Below, piece after piece: positions 42,001-57,000 of a stretch of DNA of 64,000 bases; the stretch's first letter is position 1, and every line of letters begins with the position of its first letter. Source of the stretch: Glycera tridactyla (lineage: Eukaryota); NCBI GenBank assembly GCA_965644265.1, contig OZ286476.1:20398001-20462000 (forward strand), written 5' to 3'. A model generated the notes under the pieces. The model had not been told where the DNA came from. It made no database searches and saw nothing but the letters and a program-made list of their open reading frames with translations. The position numbers and the translations under genes are program-made.

Positions 42001-45000
42001 ATGATGGATTCTTTTTGGGCCCAATTAAAACGTTCAACAGTAGATGTGACTGGTAGATTTCACTTGAACCTCGTTCTCATGATATCTCTGAGCTATTTCA
42101 CCTCAAACCCATGGTCATAAATTTGTGTTATTTTATCATTGTGTGGGCCTTGGATCACATGTTGATCACTTGATGGTTGTCAGCAGTTGTAAGCAGTTTG
42201 GTATTCAGATGGAAATTTGTCAATAATTGATAACATTTTTGATGATATCGTCGTCTAAGCAGCAGACTGTTGATAATTGTTGACATCGATCATCACCTGA
42301 ATGTTGCCATGGCCACCGATCTCTCTCAATCTTGGGGAATTAAGTCTCCAATATCACCCTTTCATACAAAATGCTGTTGAAGATGAGCTTATATTTCATT
42401 GATATTTACATTATTTACTTCCCATTGGAAAAAGTGATTGAACGCACCATTCTTTTCTTTTTTATCTTAGATGAGGTTGTGGAATTTGTTCGCCACCTGA
42501 AGGACACTTCTGTCAGCAAACTCCCAACAACAGCAACATTTGAATGCGAGCTGTCGAAGTCTGTCATCTCCGTGGAATGGTACAAGGATGATCAGCCAAT
42601 CAGGCGCAGCAACAAATTCAATATCGAGGCTGAGGGCAAGATACACCGCCTCGTTATCCGTGATGTTGATGCTAAGGATGAGGGAAACTACATGGTCATC
42701 GCCAAGAACAACAAATCCAAGGCTGATTTGACCATTGCAGGTGGGTACTGTTTCTATTGGCAAAATTATTCTTTCTTGAAAAAATTTCTTTTGCAACTGT
42801 TCCAGCTTGAATTTCCCGCTCATTTCTATTACTCTTGTCACCGCCATCTGGTGAGCATTTTCATCAATACTCTCTCACATAACTTATGTTAATTAATTAC
42901 TGCTCTCGCTCTCCTGCCAAAAAGCATTGTTTCTTAATGATTTAGATGGTTCACTTCAAGAAAACCGCAGGTCCTATTGAAATCCAATTGAGTCTGAGAG
43001 ATTCCTAAAGTGATCAGACTGCAGCATGTATATTTAGGAGAGAGATAATGGTAAGAAAAATCAAAGTTTGATATCAGATGAATTTGACTCTCAACTTTCC
43101 CACTGTCAACTGACTTGCCCATGCACTTATTCACTTCCTTTTGATAAGATCCAACTCCACCAATGAAATGATTTATTATGATATTTGTTGTGTCATTTGT
43201 GAAGAACTGGATTCCTGCTCTCCTGCCCTTCACAAAATAACTTCTCTCACTTTCAAAAAGCGGTCCTTGTGAACAATTGTTAAAAAGTGGTGATTGTTGA
43301 TTAAGTACCAGTGAAAGTTAGTAGAACAGGGAAACACAGCATACATAATCTTTGGGGTCGACGCATGTTTTCAAACCCAAACCGACTGGCATTTGGAGAT
43401 ATAGTAATTCATGCTGATTTCTTTTCTTACAGCACCACCTGTGTTTGACATGGACATCAGTAAATACAAGGAGACGATCTACATGAAGGAGGGACAGTCG
43501 ATGGCATTTGAGATTCCATTCGCTGGCGCACCACAACCGAAGGCCTCTTGGCAATTCAACCGTGATGCCATCCCATCAAACCGTCGCTTTGTCTGTGATG
43601 TCATCTGGAACATGACGTCATTCTGTATTGGTCGTGCTGAAGTTTCTGACTCCGGTGACTACACGCTGACACTCGAAAACAAACATGGAAAATGCACATT
43701 GACCATCAAGATTGTTGTCGTTGGTACGTATCATTGTATACTCACTACCCAGATTTGCAGAGCCATCAAATCTTGAGTGTCGACTTCCAAACCAGTTACA
43801 TAGTTGTATATGCCACATATGTCTTCTCCAGTTTCATATAACTCATTTGCAAGTGAAGAGACATAGGAATCACTCACTCAATCAATCAGTCAACCAATCG
43901 ATCAATCAATTAATCAGTCATCATTTCCATATTGTGCCTGAACTAGCAGTTACTGGTACCTCTACTTGACAGCCTCTCTGGCTCTCCATGATTTTGCTTT
44001 AAGGGAAGTGAGAACATCCAGCTGGGTGTTCAGTTTGGCTAAGAGAGAAAACATTAGCCAAATTCCCTACTAAGTATTCTTTATCTCAAACGTGACAAAA
44101 AAGAATGGGGACCAGATTTTTTTATTACAAAATGTTAGCAACTGTTAGCTGCAAATGAACAACCTGCAGCTTGCGTGAAGTACCCTTGGGTCAATGAATG
44201 CTCTTAAACAAAACTAGCGACCATCTCCATATTTATTCACCAGGATTTCTCCAGAATCAAGTCATAGTTCCATTGGATCACTCTGCAAAATGTCGATCAA
44301 TGAATGCTATGAATTTGAGTTCACTCAGAGCTCAGTTCTGCAGCCATACATTCGATTGATTTTTAAAACTCAGAGATGAAAAAATGTTAGTGCAGAAAAA
44401 TACAGATTGTTAACGAGAACAATGCCTTTTTGTTGCTGAGGAAAATATGATATTGATGTAAACAAACAAAGGGGCGTGGTCGAGAAGCATGTAAAGTCGT
44501 GTGTAGATCAGCTGACATGCTGTGCGCATGGTCAAATTTGCAGGAAGTTTGAAGGCAGTCATATTAAATATTGTTTATCTTTTTTTCCTTTTCAGGCAAG
44601 CCCAGTGCACCACAAGACTTCAAGGTCACTAATGTAACAGAGAAGACAGTGTCACTCAAGTGGGATAAGCCCAGAAAGGATGGTGGCAGCAAGATCACTG
44701 GTTACATTGTGGAGAAACGTGAGCCACGTCGTGCACAGTACACGCAGGTTGGCACCACCAAAGACCTCGAATTCAAGGTCAGCCGCCTGGTGGAGGGTAC
44801 ACAGTACGTCTTCCAGGTTAGCGCTGAGAATGAGGTCGGTGTAGGCGAACCTGCCGAGCTCTCCCAGGGCATCACAGCCAAGAGCCCATACCGTAAGTAC
44901 AAGTTATGAACTTCAAAATCAACATCAGCAGGCTGTCCAGTTTGGCTAACAATGAAAGTGTTAGCAAAATTTCCTACAGAGTATTCTTGATCTTAAGTGT

Positions 45001-48000
45001 GACAAAAAGGATGTGGACCTGATTTCCATTACAAGATTATACAAAATGTTATCGATTTTTAGCTGCAACTGACCAGCCTGGTTGGAGACATTTCATCTTT
45101 GATGCCTTTATTCTTTGTGATCATGGTTGAGTTTATATCGATGATCATAAAAATTCTTGTTAATACCTGCTTTTATAGGTTGAGTTTATTTCTGACAACT
45201 GAATTTGAAATTGTTGAGAAAGTAGAAGTTTCATGCCTGTCAAATTAACAAGATCTATTGTGGAAAATTTCAAAATGCACCTGCATTCTTTCATCAGCTA
45301 CTGCCTACAGCACTTTGCTGGTGTGAGATCACATGACTTCAGAGTTTTATTCGAAGTATTTTGGCATTCAACCAGAAACTTCCCTCTTATTGTAAGATTA
45401 CCACTTGTGTTAATGGGTTAATAGTCATTCATCCAATGACATTTGTCAAATGAGGCTAACATTTTTGAAGACATTTCTTGTTTGGGAAAAGCAGCTCATT
45501 AGTTTGCAAGATGTGACATCACCCATCACATGGACACATGATCAGCTGCCTTCGCTATTTAGGGAACCACTTGTTGTGGTATTTGAATTGTGGAATATGT
45601 ATGCTTAGTAGGGGGTAGTGCTGCGACGATTTCCCAATTATATCGATCATTGCATCGTTTAGAGGTCCGATTCGATTAATCGATCATGCAAGTCAATTAA
45701 ATTATTGCCCCTAAATATTGGTACAAAGTCATGATTTCCCTGCAAATTTTGGGTATCTTTAGGTCAGTCAGGGGATTCTAAACTCTGATTATTTAATCGA
45801 TAATCAATCGCTGCCGAGTCCGATTAATCGATCATCACTATCGCAACCAAGTGCGAGCACTAGTAGGGGGTCATGGTTTGGGAAATATTTTGTTGAGCCT
45901 TAGTGCTAACTCTTTTCATTGCTTGGGTTTTTAGAGGTACCAGGTGCTCCTCCTCCTCCTGTAGTGAGCAACATCTTCAAGGAGTCGTGCACGGTTGCTT
46001 GGCAACCCCCAGCTACAGATGGTGGTACTCCCATCATCGGTTACCAGCTTGAGCGTCGCAGTGCCACTACCAAGCGCTGGAACTTCGTCAACAAGGTCAT
46101 GCTGGTTGAGACCACCTTGAAGGTCTCAGATCTGACAGAGGATACCGAATACGAGTTCCGTGTTAGTGCCGAGAACAAGATGGGTGCTGGACCTCCCAGT
46201 GATCCTTCACGACCATTCACTGCCAAGGATCCATGGGGTTAGTCTCTAGAACACAATCCTCTATCATCCTTAAACTCAGCACTAAAAGTCCATTCATTTA
46301 TTCATTCATCCACACATTCATTCATTTATTAATTCATCCATTCTTTATCTATTCATTTACTTATTTATCTGTTCATCCACTTATTTGCTTACTTTTAATT
46401 TAAAAAAAAAGGATTCAAAATAATCATCCAAAAAACATTTGAAGTGTTGTATTTCTGATGAGCCGAGCTGGAACATGAGCCGATTTGCTTACTTTTGAAC
46501 GATTCTTTAAACAATTTCAAATTGTTGCAAGAATCATTCCAAAGTAAGCAAGTTTCGTATTCATCATGAATCATCTCAAATGACACTTTTGTTAGTGATT
46601 TTTCTATTGCCTCTTTTGTACAACAAGAGAATTGGGGTTGTAAGACTTAATGTTGATATTAATGTCTTGCAGACAAACCGGGCAAACCGCTTAACCCCGA
46701 AGTCATTGATGTGAAGAGACGTTCTGCCACCCTGCGTTGGAAGGAACCACGTGAGGATGGTGGTACACCAATCATCGGGTACAACATCGAGTACAAGGTT
46801 GAAGGTGGCTTCCGCTGGGTGCTTGCTAACGAGGGAGAGAAGGTAACAGATCTTCGTTATGAGATCACTGGACTCAAGGCTGATGCTGAGTATGAGTTCC
46901 GTGTTGCTGCCCTCAACAAGGCTGGACAAGGACCATTTGCCGAACCTAAGGCCCCAGTTGTGGTCACCGAACCTATTGGTAAGTTGGATTTTATTCAGAT
47001 TCTCCATCACAAATGTAAATGCACACTGAAACTCATTGAGAGAGCCCTGAGTGTGGATGGTATTGGTGAAGCCCGCTCAAAATCGATATCATAATATCGC
47101 GATTTACAGTGTTAAAATGGATGTGAAAATGGACGATTGTTGGCAAAGAATACATTAGGATGGTGGCTTCACGATTTATGACTGGGTCTGACAAAGTCTC
47201 AATAATTTTGCTCATTTCGAGAAATGGTTTCAACTCAAACAATCCCGATTTCATTCAATATAGATGGGAAATTAATATGTGATAAAGTTAACAATATCTA
47301 TGACTATCTGAATAGCTCACTGAAATGCATGACATTTATATGCTTTTTATATGTACTACAGTGAAACCTGTCTTGGGAGACCCCTCTCTTGGGAGACCAT
47401 CCTCTAATGGAAGACCGCTCTCTATCGGCTCTTCTCTATTTGACATATACCTCCAATGAGAGACCACCTCTCTTGAGAGACCAAATTTTGTTGGCATTTG
47501 GGGCGGTCTTCCAAGACAGGTTCTACTGTATTCTGTCTGTGATGATAATGTGTTGAACTTCAAAGTGAATATGATCTTTCCTTTTTTAGTTGGCAATCCA
47601 CCAAAGATCCGTGGTGACATCACTGACGTAACTGTCAATTCACCAGAGGTCGCCACTCTCGAGTGCGAGGTCAAACCCGGCATGGACGACTTCGAGATCA
47701 AATGGTACGTAGACTCATGCATTCACCTGCTAGCCTTCAGATATGTCTGTAAGTTCTTGATCATGTGACAAAGATGTTGAGTTTTGGGAGGTTTTCTTTT
47801 GATCTGATTTCAGCAGTTTACAGACTATAAAGATGAACAGGATATCATTACTGTGGGGGTATTAGTTGTCCAATATAGACTTTCTTGTATGATGGTGTCA
47901 ACAACATAATTTCACTGGTTAAAATCATCATCAATAAATGTTCTATCATTACTGTGGGGGGTATTAGTTGTCCAATATAGACTTTCTTGTATGATAGTGT

Positions 48001-51000
48001 TAACAACATAATTTCACTGGTTAAAATCATCATCAATGAATGTTCTATCATTACTGTGAGGGGTATTAGTTGTCCCATATAGACTTTGTTGTATGATGGT
48101 ATTAACAACATAATTTGACTGGTTAAAATCATCATCAATGAATATTCCATGTTGTTAACAGGTTCAAGGAGAACAAGGAAGTCTACAGAGGTCGCAAGTA
48201 TGAGCCGATCTTCTGGAACAACAAAGCTTCACTGGTTGTCAAGGAAACCGAACCATCTGACTCCGCCAAGTACCGCATTGAAGTGTCTAACACTCTCGGC
48301 CGTGCTGAGGCTAAGGGCAATCTGACTGTCTACAGTGAGTTTATACATATACATGTAGCTTTATATACATCATGTTACATGGTATTTTGACTATCAAAAT
48401 ATGAATACCCATTCCCAAAATTAGAGAAATTTGTGTTATGACAGAATCATGAATGTTAATGAATCGCTATGACATGATTTTAAAGTTGTATCCAAATTTT
48501 TACAGGAAAAGATATTCTATTTAGATCATCATAATGCTGTTGATGAAATTGAATAACATGAATTAGTAACAACGCTGCCAGCTGCTGAGGCAGATTCAAT
48601 CTCTCCCAGAGAATACCGCCACTGAAGGTGTATATTTGCTACTTGGGGCAATCCCAATAGAAGCCACTTTACATAAAAGGATCTTATCACTCTTCGGAAG
48701 GATCGCTCGTCTCAACACGGACCACCAACTAAGGAGAGTCGCGGCGAGACAGCTTAGTTTGAAGCGACAACCGAAATCAAGCTGGTTCGCATACACTGCC
48801 AACATAGCGGCGCAATATGACATTGATGTGCACTCACAACTCAAAAGCCCATGGCCTAAGCTTGCATGGAAGAAATATGTACAGAGCTCTGTGACTGAAT
48901 ACTGGTTTGCACAGCTGTCTACCAAAGCGACGAGCAAGAGTACCCTGAACGGTCTGATCCGTCAGACCACGCCACAGACTCCTCACCCGATCTGGACCTC
49001 GATAAAAGGCATACCTGGACAGGTTAGGCCGGCTACAGTCAGGGCAAGGATGATCGTCGGGAGATATAAAGTCCAGAAAGTCGTTTCCAAGTACGCGAAT
49101 GGAAGGGTCTCCGCTCAGTGCCAACTATGTGGAACTGAAGACGAGGATTTGGAGCATTTTCTGACTAAATGTGTTGCATTTAACAGGGAAAGGAGGGAGA
49201 TCACAGAACTCTGCGATCTGTACCAGGCGGAAGGACTGCAGCCACCACGGAGCAAGGAAGAGATAACTTCAGCCATCATCAACGGCTCAGCATATTACAT
49301 GAAACCAGACACTGACAGGGGGCATGAATCACAGTTCGCTTCGGTCGGAGGAGAGAGTAGAGCACGAGCAGTCCGTCTAGAGACAGAAGAGCACACGACA
49401 GAGGGGAACAGAATCTCAAACCGCATGAGCTACACCTTACATATCAACAGGGACATCGCCATAAACGGATTACTCCTTGCAGGAGGTTCGCCTTAAAAGG
49501 CGGGATATCAAGACGAAGAAGAAGAAGAAGACAACGAAAAAATTCTTCGGTTGCTTATAAATGGTCTTCATCCTGAAATGTAGGCAACTGCATGATCTCT
49601 TCTGAAATGGGTTTGGTATCAGAAGTAGATATCGATGCTGGTTCATTTGTCATCCCATAGTTGATAGATTTCCAGAATCATCAATCAGTCTGCAACTATC
49701 ATTCTGCCTTCTGAGGTCATCTTAATGATATTCTCTGGGATTATCCATCTGTTCATCCGTCCCTCCATTAGTCCATCCTTCCATCCCTCCATATATCTCT
49801 CCATCCCATCCATCTATCCATCCATCCATCCATCCATCCATCCAAATGTATGCTTTTATGCACAATTTTCAAGTATACAAGTAGTGGCTACGTTTCTCTA
49901 TTTCAGGTCCACCCAAACTGGAGTATGATCCACGCCTCAAATCACCGCAGCAGGTGCGTGCTGGTACCAGTCTGATCATCCAGGTTGACTTCACGGGTGT
50001 CCCATCACCAAGCGCCACCTGGACCCTGAACGGCTCATCGCTCGGCGCCACTCAACGCGTCAGCATCGACACCACAGAGTACTACACAACCCTGACAGTG
50101 CGCAACTTCACCGCCGATGATGTTGGTACATACAAGGTGGATGTCAAGAACAAGGCTGGTGCTGCTACAGCCAGCTTTGAAGCCAAGATCAAGGGTGAGT
50201 TGGAAGCTGTTTAATTCATTCTGCCAGATAGATTTGCCAGGCACATGGGCGAATATCAATTGGGACAAAAATTTGGGGCTGTGGCTGTACATTTAGCGAT
50301 GTTTGACATCTTGATGAGTGCTAATCTACCTCTGTGGTTAACTTAGAGTTATGTTAGGCTCTTCCATGAAGTATGGTCATACTTTGATGTCTCATCAGTC
50401 TTTTTCTCTTAGAATTTAAAAAAATAACTCCCACTCAACTTTCACCCATTATATATGTGAGGCTGGTCAGAGGTGGACAACTCAAAAAGATCTGTGAGTA
50501 CCTTCTTCCAGGTAGCAGGGCTCTTTCAGGCAACTTTCTAGATGAGTTATAAGGCCTGCTTCAACAGTGAGGAAAATTGCCCTTTTTTGAGGCTGACAGC
50601 CTAACCTTGCTTCATTGGGATCTGACTCTAGTTAGTAACCATCATTGGATCAGACAATAGAAGCCTAGCAACCAAGATTTAAATCAGCATAAAATGTTCT
50701 GCGTTTGTGTGCTGGCGTATTTACGCCAGGAAATTTATGTTACCTTGCTTCTTGTTGCATATGCATGATTTTTTTTCTCTTGTCAATTCCAGATGTACCA
50801 GCTGCTCCCAAGAATCTCCAGGTGACAAAGGTTGATAAGGACTTCGTCGGACTGGCCTGGGATGAACCATCCAGCAATGGAGGCTCACCAATCACGGGCT
50901 ACGTCATCGAGAAGCGAGATACCAGCCGACCTGGCGCCACCTGGATGAACGCTGGCCAAACCACAGACAAGACGGACTTCACTGTGACTCGTCTCTTCGA

Positions 51001-54000
51001 AGGCGCTGAGTACTACTTCCGCGTTGCAGCCGAGAATGCCGTGGGAACCAGTCAATTTGTGGAGCTCCCCAGTCCTGTCACTGCCAAATTGCCATTCAGT
51101 AAGTAAAACATCCTGTGTTAGATCATCTTTGTCATCTCCGATCCAACAAACAAAAAGTCATTCATTAAAATCTTCATATCTTGAAATCATGAATCATTTG
51201 CTAAAAGCTTCATACTTCTTTCCTCTATGTACATTACATCATTTTTTGACAAGTGAACTAGGGAAAGAACTTTGGCAGCCATGCAGATGAACAGTCATGA
51301 GAATGAAAATGAATAACATAAGCAGTTATTGGTAACAGAATAATCAACTATTTTAAAGTCACACTCCTCTGAGGCCCTGATCAGACCAATTGATTTACAT
51401 CAGTCATGTTGATTTTGCCCTTCGATGAATTGTTTCTTGTTCGAATAACTGAATAACTTCGGTGATTTTGTTTCTTCAGAAACACCCGATGCACCACGCA
51501 ATCTGAATGTCACGGATATAACTCACTCATCCCTGAACATCACGTGGGAAGCACCACGTAATGACGGAGGTGCCAAGATCCGTGGTTACTACGTCGAGAA
51601 GCGTACTGCCTACAGCTCACGCTGGTCCAAGGTCAACAAGACGATGGTGAAGGAGACTGAACTGTCCTTGTCTGACCTTCTGGAGGGTGATGAGTACGAA
51701 TTCCGTGTCTACGCTGTCAACGATGCCGGCAATGGAGAACCAACCGAAAGCTCCGGTGTCATCCTGGTTAAGGATCCATTTGGTGAGTAGAATTCTCTTT
51801 TACATTCAAACTGTTGGCACAGAAAAGTCACTTTCCTATTTATCAGGCTGTACTCTCTGATTTGCCTGAAATGGCACTCTTATCTTGAGGTGTCGGTGAA
51901 AGAATGAGCCCTTTGAATGTAATTGCAAATATGTCATAATAGGCTAAATGCCAGAAATTGCAATGTTCTAGATTGTATTTCATCTCAAATCCAGATTATT
52001 CGTGGAGAATATTGAATGCATAAAGGCCTCCTCTGTACAGAGATCAATCTGAAGCACTTCACAGCCATATATCAATAAAGGTCCCTTTTTGGGATAACCT
52101 TGGTGACCTATATCGTCAGGTTTGACTGTATATTATTCTTTTATCGATTTATATATCAAAGTTCCCTTGCCTTGCCAAAGTGCTCTTTTCTTCATCCGAT
52201 AGTATTTTTTCCACCAGAACAAAAAAATAAACAAAAAACTTTTTGAAAACAGTAACCATGAACTACACAAGTGATATATGCTTTTACAGTCCGACCATCG
52301 ATCAGACACTATGTTTGAGAACCGAGTGATTTCTTCAACCTTGGATAATCCTGCCTGCATTGAAATGAATAAATTGATCAATCAATCAATCAATTATTGT
52401 ATATTTTCAGACAAGCCAGGTGCACCAAGTGCTCCAGTGATTGAGAACATCACCGAGAGCAATGCTACGATCTCTTGGACCGGACCACATAATGATGGCG
52501 GCAGCCCCGTCACCAACTACCGCATCGAGATGAGGACCGTAGGATCATACAGATGGGATGCTGTCTACACACCAGACAAGGTACATGATCCTTTACAATA
52601 TCCTGTTTATTGATTCAGAAAAAAAAGGAAAATATGAAAAAATTAAAGAAAGAAACAGTGTTTTCAATCACTCATGGTTGTTCGAGAATTGCAACAGCCA
52701 AAAGTTACATCATCATGCGACCGGAGCTTGTGGTTAACAAGACTAATTCTTGTACTACTTTTTCAATTCGTGATTCAAGTGAGTGCCACTGACCATGTCA
52801 ATATCCCTATTAGATCAAATTGCACCTTCTAAAAGATGAAAGTGTTTGCCAAATTTGACGAAATATTTGAAAAATGTGACATAAGACCATTCAATGAGAG
52901 TGCCTCCAATGGAAGACAACTTTCCATGACTGTTTTTCTCGTTTGAACACTGAAAATGTCCCTCATTGAGGCACCATCAGTTTCAAAAGACCATGTATTT
53001 GATACATTTAGGATGAACTCTAACTGCTTCCTTCACTACATATTTTTGTTGTTTGAGGAAAGACAAACACAAGTATCCCCCCCTCATTAGCATATCAACA
53101 CTTGTCTCTCCCACAACTAAAAAGCATTGTTTCTACAAACAATTTATATAAAAGTTTTGTGCAATATTTGTGTGTTTAGGTGAGAGGCAAATCATACACG
53201 ATTGGTAACCTCCTGGAGGAGACGGATTACGAGTTCCGAGTGATGGCCGAGAACAAGGCTGGAGTCGGAGCTCCATCAGAGCCATCCCGATCCGTCAAAT
53301 ATGGTGAGTTTCCCGCGTATTTTTCGCCCCCACCTTCCTTAACTCAACACCTCTGAAATCTGTTGTCATCGGCTTGGTACATTCTGGTGATCCAGCACAT
53401 ATATTCTGGAGTGTGGAGTGTTCTCCTGGCTGGGTTATGTAACTGCTATTCTTTTGGCGGTCTGATTTGATCAGTGCATATGGCTGCTTGCTCATACATG
53501 GGCTGAGATTTGATCATGTGAATTTTTTGAGATCTCCAATTATATAGGTGGCAAAATGTGCTGCCCTCTGTCCTGGTTCAAAGTGGTTTCTAAGTATGAA
53601 TTTGCATTGTTTTGAGGATATTGATAATGAGGCAGTCAAACAAGCTCAATGTTCACCTCATGGGATAAATCGTGATTGTTAATTGCTGTGGAATTTGAGG
53701 ATTAATTCCAATGTGAAGATTTTGTGAATGTTCCTCTCATCAGCCAATTTGTTGATGATGCCGGTTTGTCTTGTTTTGCAGAGGAGAAGATTGTGTTCAA
53801 TCCACCTCTGAAGGACATCACAGTCAACCGCATCGGTGAGACCGTTAAATTCTCCTGCGAGTGCAGCCGCTCTGGTGCACGTGCTCAGTGGATGAAGGAC
53901 GGAGTAACCATCACTCCCGATCGCAAATTCGACATCGATGCTTCCGGTAACACATACAGCCTCACTATCAAGAATGCCGATAGTCGTGACATCGGTGACT

Positions 54001-57000
54001 ATGCTATCGTTATCAAGGGTCATCGTTCTGAAGCTCGACTGATGGTTGAAGCGAAACCGGAATTCCTCGAGACCGATAAGTATGCCAAACCACTGGTGCT
54101 CCGCGCCGGTCAGGCAACTGCTGTCGAGATTCCATTCACAGGCTCGCCAATGCCAAAGGTCACATGGAAGCTGAATGATCAGGTCATCTTTGACTCCCGA
54201 CGTGTCAAGATCGAAGTCATCTACGGCATGACGTCCATGGTGATCACCCGCTCTGAGCGCCCTGATGCTGGTCGCTATACAGTAACTCTGGAGAACAACT
54301 TTGGCAAAGCCAATCTCCACTTTGAAATTATTGTACTCGGTGAGTGTTTTTATTCATCTATACTAGACATGTCATCAATCATGCAGATGCTACACAAATA
54401 CTTATACACGTAAATCGTGACATTGAGCAATTCAACACATACATGAACAGTCAAACCTCTCTATAAAGACCGCCTTTGGTTACTTTAGAAAGTGATCTTC
54501 ATAGGGAGGTGGTCTTTATAGAGATGTAATTTACTGTTGAAATACTACCACGGTCACAGCTCAGGGTGGTCTTGATAGAGAGGTGGTATTTATAGGAGGT
54601 TGGAATGTATGTACATAAAAAATACTAAGGCTATGAGTTTAGTTTCTCCACCATGACCACAACAAATCTTCAGGTAGACCTGATGATGAGAGACTAACTT
54701 GCTCCACATTTGATCACCAAAACCAAAATCACAATGTGTTTCTTGATTCAATTCATTCCATAAATCTTGGCTACATTCCTGTAAAATTATACATGTGACA
54801 AGCAAGGCATCCTGTTTTGAGGAATCAAATTCCCTTAGATGGAGGTGCTTGCATGTTTCAAGTTTCATTGTGATATGAATCTGTGTTATTTGTAGTAATA
54901 CTTACTGTCAATATTATTTTGATGAGTCTTCATAATATGAAGGGCATCTCAATATAGCCTAGGTGGTGCTTACAGGACGTAAAACAGAGAAGCAACCAAC
55001 CAACAATGATATGAATTATTCTGAACAATTAGAAATGGGATTCAGAATTTAAGTGCGGCTGTGTTTCATGATTGGCATGTATGAACTACATTCCGAGATA
55101 TTATCTGATTTCTAGAAATTTATCGTTGATTTCCCTCCACTCATGTCTGTTACATCTCTGTCTACAGACAAGCCTGGTCCTCCAATTGATCTGAGATCTA
55201 CTGGAGTCACAGAGAACACCGTGACCTTGAGCTGGTCCAAACCCAAGGATGACGGCGGTAGTCCCATCACCGAGTACGTGATCGAGAAACGTGAAGCGTT
55301 GCGTATGATGTGGAAGTCTGTTGGATCAACTAGTGACACAGAGTTCACCGTTGGCCGATTGACCGAGGGAACCCAGTACGTCTTCCGCGTGGCTGCTGAG
55401 AATAAGGTTGGAGTTGGTGCCTTTGTGGAAACATCCAAGGGCATTGCTGCCAAATCTCCACACAGTAAGTTTCATTTGTTGTATTCATATATAGTTAAGT
55501 AGATCAAGTTATATATTGACGAATAGATAGTGTATAGCTCAGAACTGGATGGTAATGTTACATCTTAATGACCAAGATTACCTATCAAATTGACCAGTGC
55601 CAATGGCTACCCTACCACAGAAAATTGAGTGATTCTAGAAGGGTTTGGAAATAGTGTGAAAGAAGAATTGTTCAGTAAAACCTGCTATAGTGTAATCCTG
55701 TCTACAGTGAAATGAAAAATCTGGCCCAAACGTTTTTTTTCACTATAATTGACCTGTATATAGTGAAATCCTGTCTACAGTGAAGAGAAAAATCTAGCCC
55801 ATGACTTTTCACTATAGACAGGTTTTACTGTATCATAATTCTTGTTCCATAATGGTAGTGGATTATGGAGTAAAATTGAAATAGTTTTTAGTGTTTTTTT
55901 ATTCGCTATTGCTTGATTATATTCATGAACTTCATTTGGACTTGAAACTACATTTGAGGTCCTTATTATATTGGACGGAATACGAGACAGGCCCAAAACA
56001 TATTGATATGAATGTTGGAAAAAGTTTCCAGAAGTCTGGGAGCCATCCCATCAATGGTGTGTGCATAAGTTAGAGTTGCAGTTTTCTTTTTGTGTCAACT
56101 CAGGAGCAATCAAATCCAGCAGAAAAAGCAGGGCTCTATCATTAGATTTTGTGAAAGGAGACATGTGCAGTTTCTTCAACAAGTGGTCATATTTGTCTGA
56201 TTTCAGATGTACCAGCGCCACCTAGTGGTGTGAAGGCCAGTGATGTATTCGCTGACTCATGCATCCTATCATGGAACATTCCCGTTTCCGATGGTGGATC
56301 GCCACTTCTGGGCTACCACATTGAACGCCGACCAAGCACCAGCCCACGCTGGACCAGGATCACATCACGCCTTGTTTCCGACACCACATACAGCGTTGTT
56401 GACCTCCTGGAGGGAACCGCTTACGAGTTCCGCGTAATTGCTGAGAACAAGATTGGACAGAGCTTGCCGAGCCCACCAACACTCCAAGTGCAGGCGAAGA
56501 ATCCATGGGAGAAACCAGGTCCGCCTGGATCACCAGTTGTGTCCGATGTCACCAAACGTTCTGCCAAACTGTCATGGAAAGCACCAACTCATGATGGCGG
56601 TGATGAAATCCGTAACTATGTTGTTGAGTACAAGATCGCTGGCACCTTCAAGTGGACTCGTGCCAATGAAGGCGAGCGTACCATGGATCGGTCATACAAG
56701 GTCACCGGTTTGAAGCAGGACTACGATTACGAGTTCCGTGTAGCCGCCGAGAACCGTGCCGGTGTTGGACCTGCATCTGAATGCACACTTCCCATCAGGA
56801 CACAGGAACCGGAAACCGGCAAGGAACCCAAAGTACTCAGCCACCTTGAGGACGTCACCGGATGTGCCGGGCAACCTGTACATCTGGAATGTGAAATCTC
56901 ACCAGGCAAACCCAAGGCTGAATTCAGATGGTAAGGATAATAACTGTTATCAATCTGACTTTAAAACAAAAATTCATATCAGACAAATGGCTGCAAGTCT

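Noticed and set aside
47844-48143. CRISPR-like array (also the 117-bp and 33-bp tandem units and the GAGACCACC arrays)
   Set aside because: Units are contiguous with no unique spacers, there are no cas genes, and the context is a eukaryotic intron.
53679-54320. 213-aa minus-strand ORF and similar antisense ORFs overlapping exons (e.g. 2077-2436, 5588-6025, 42467-42847, 58578-58895)
   Set aside because: They are antisense shadows of real exons produced by codon bias; they end at exon edges and show no motif.
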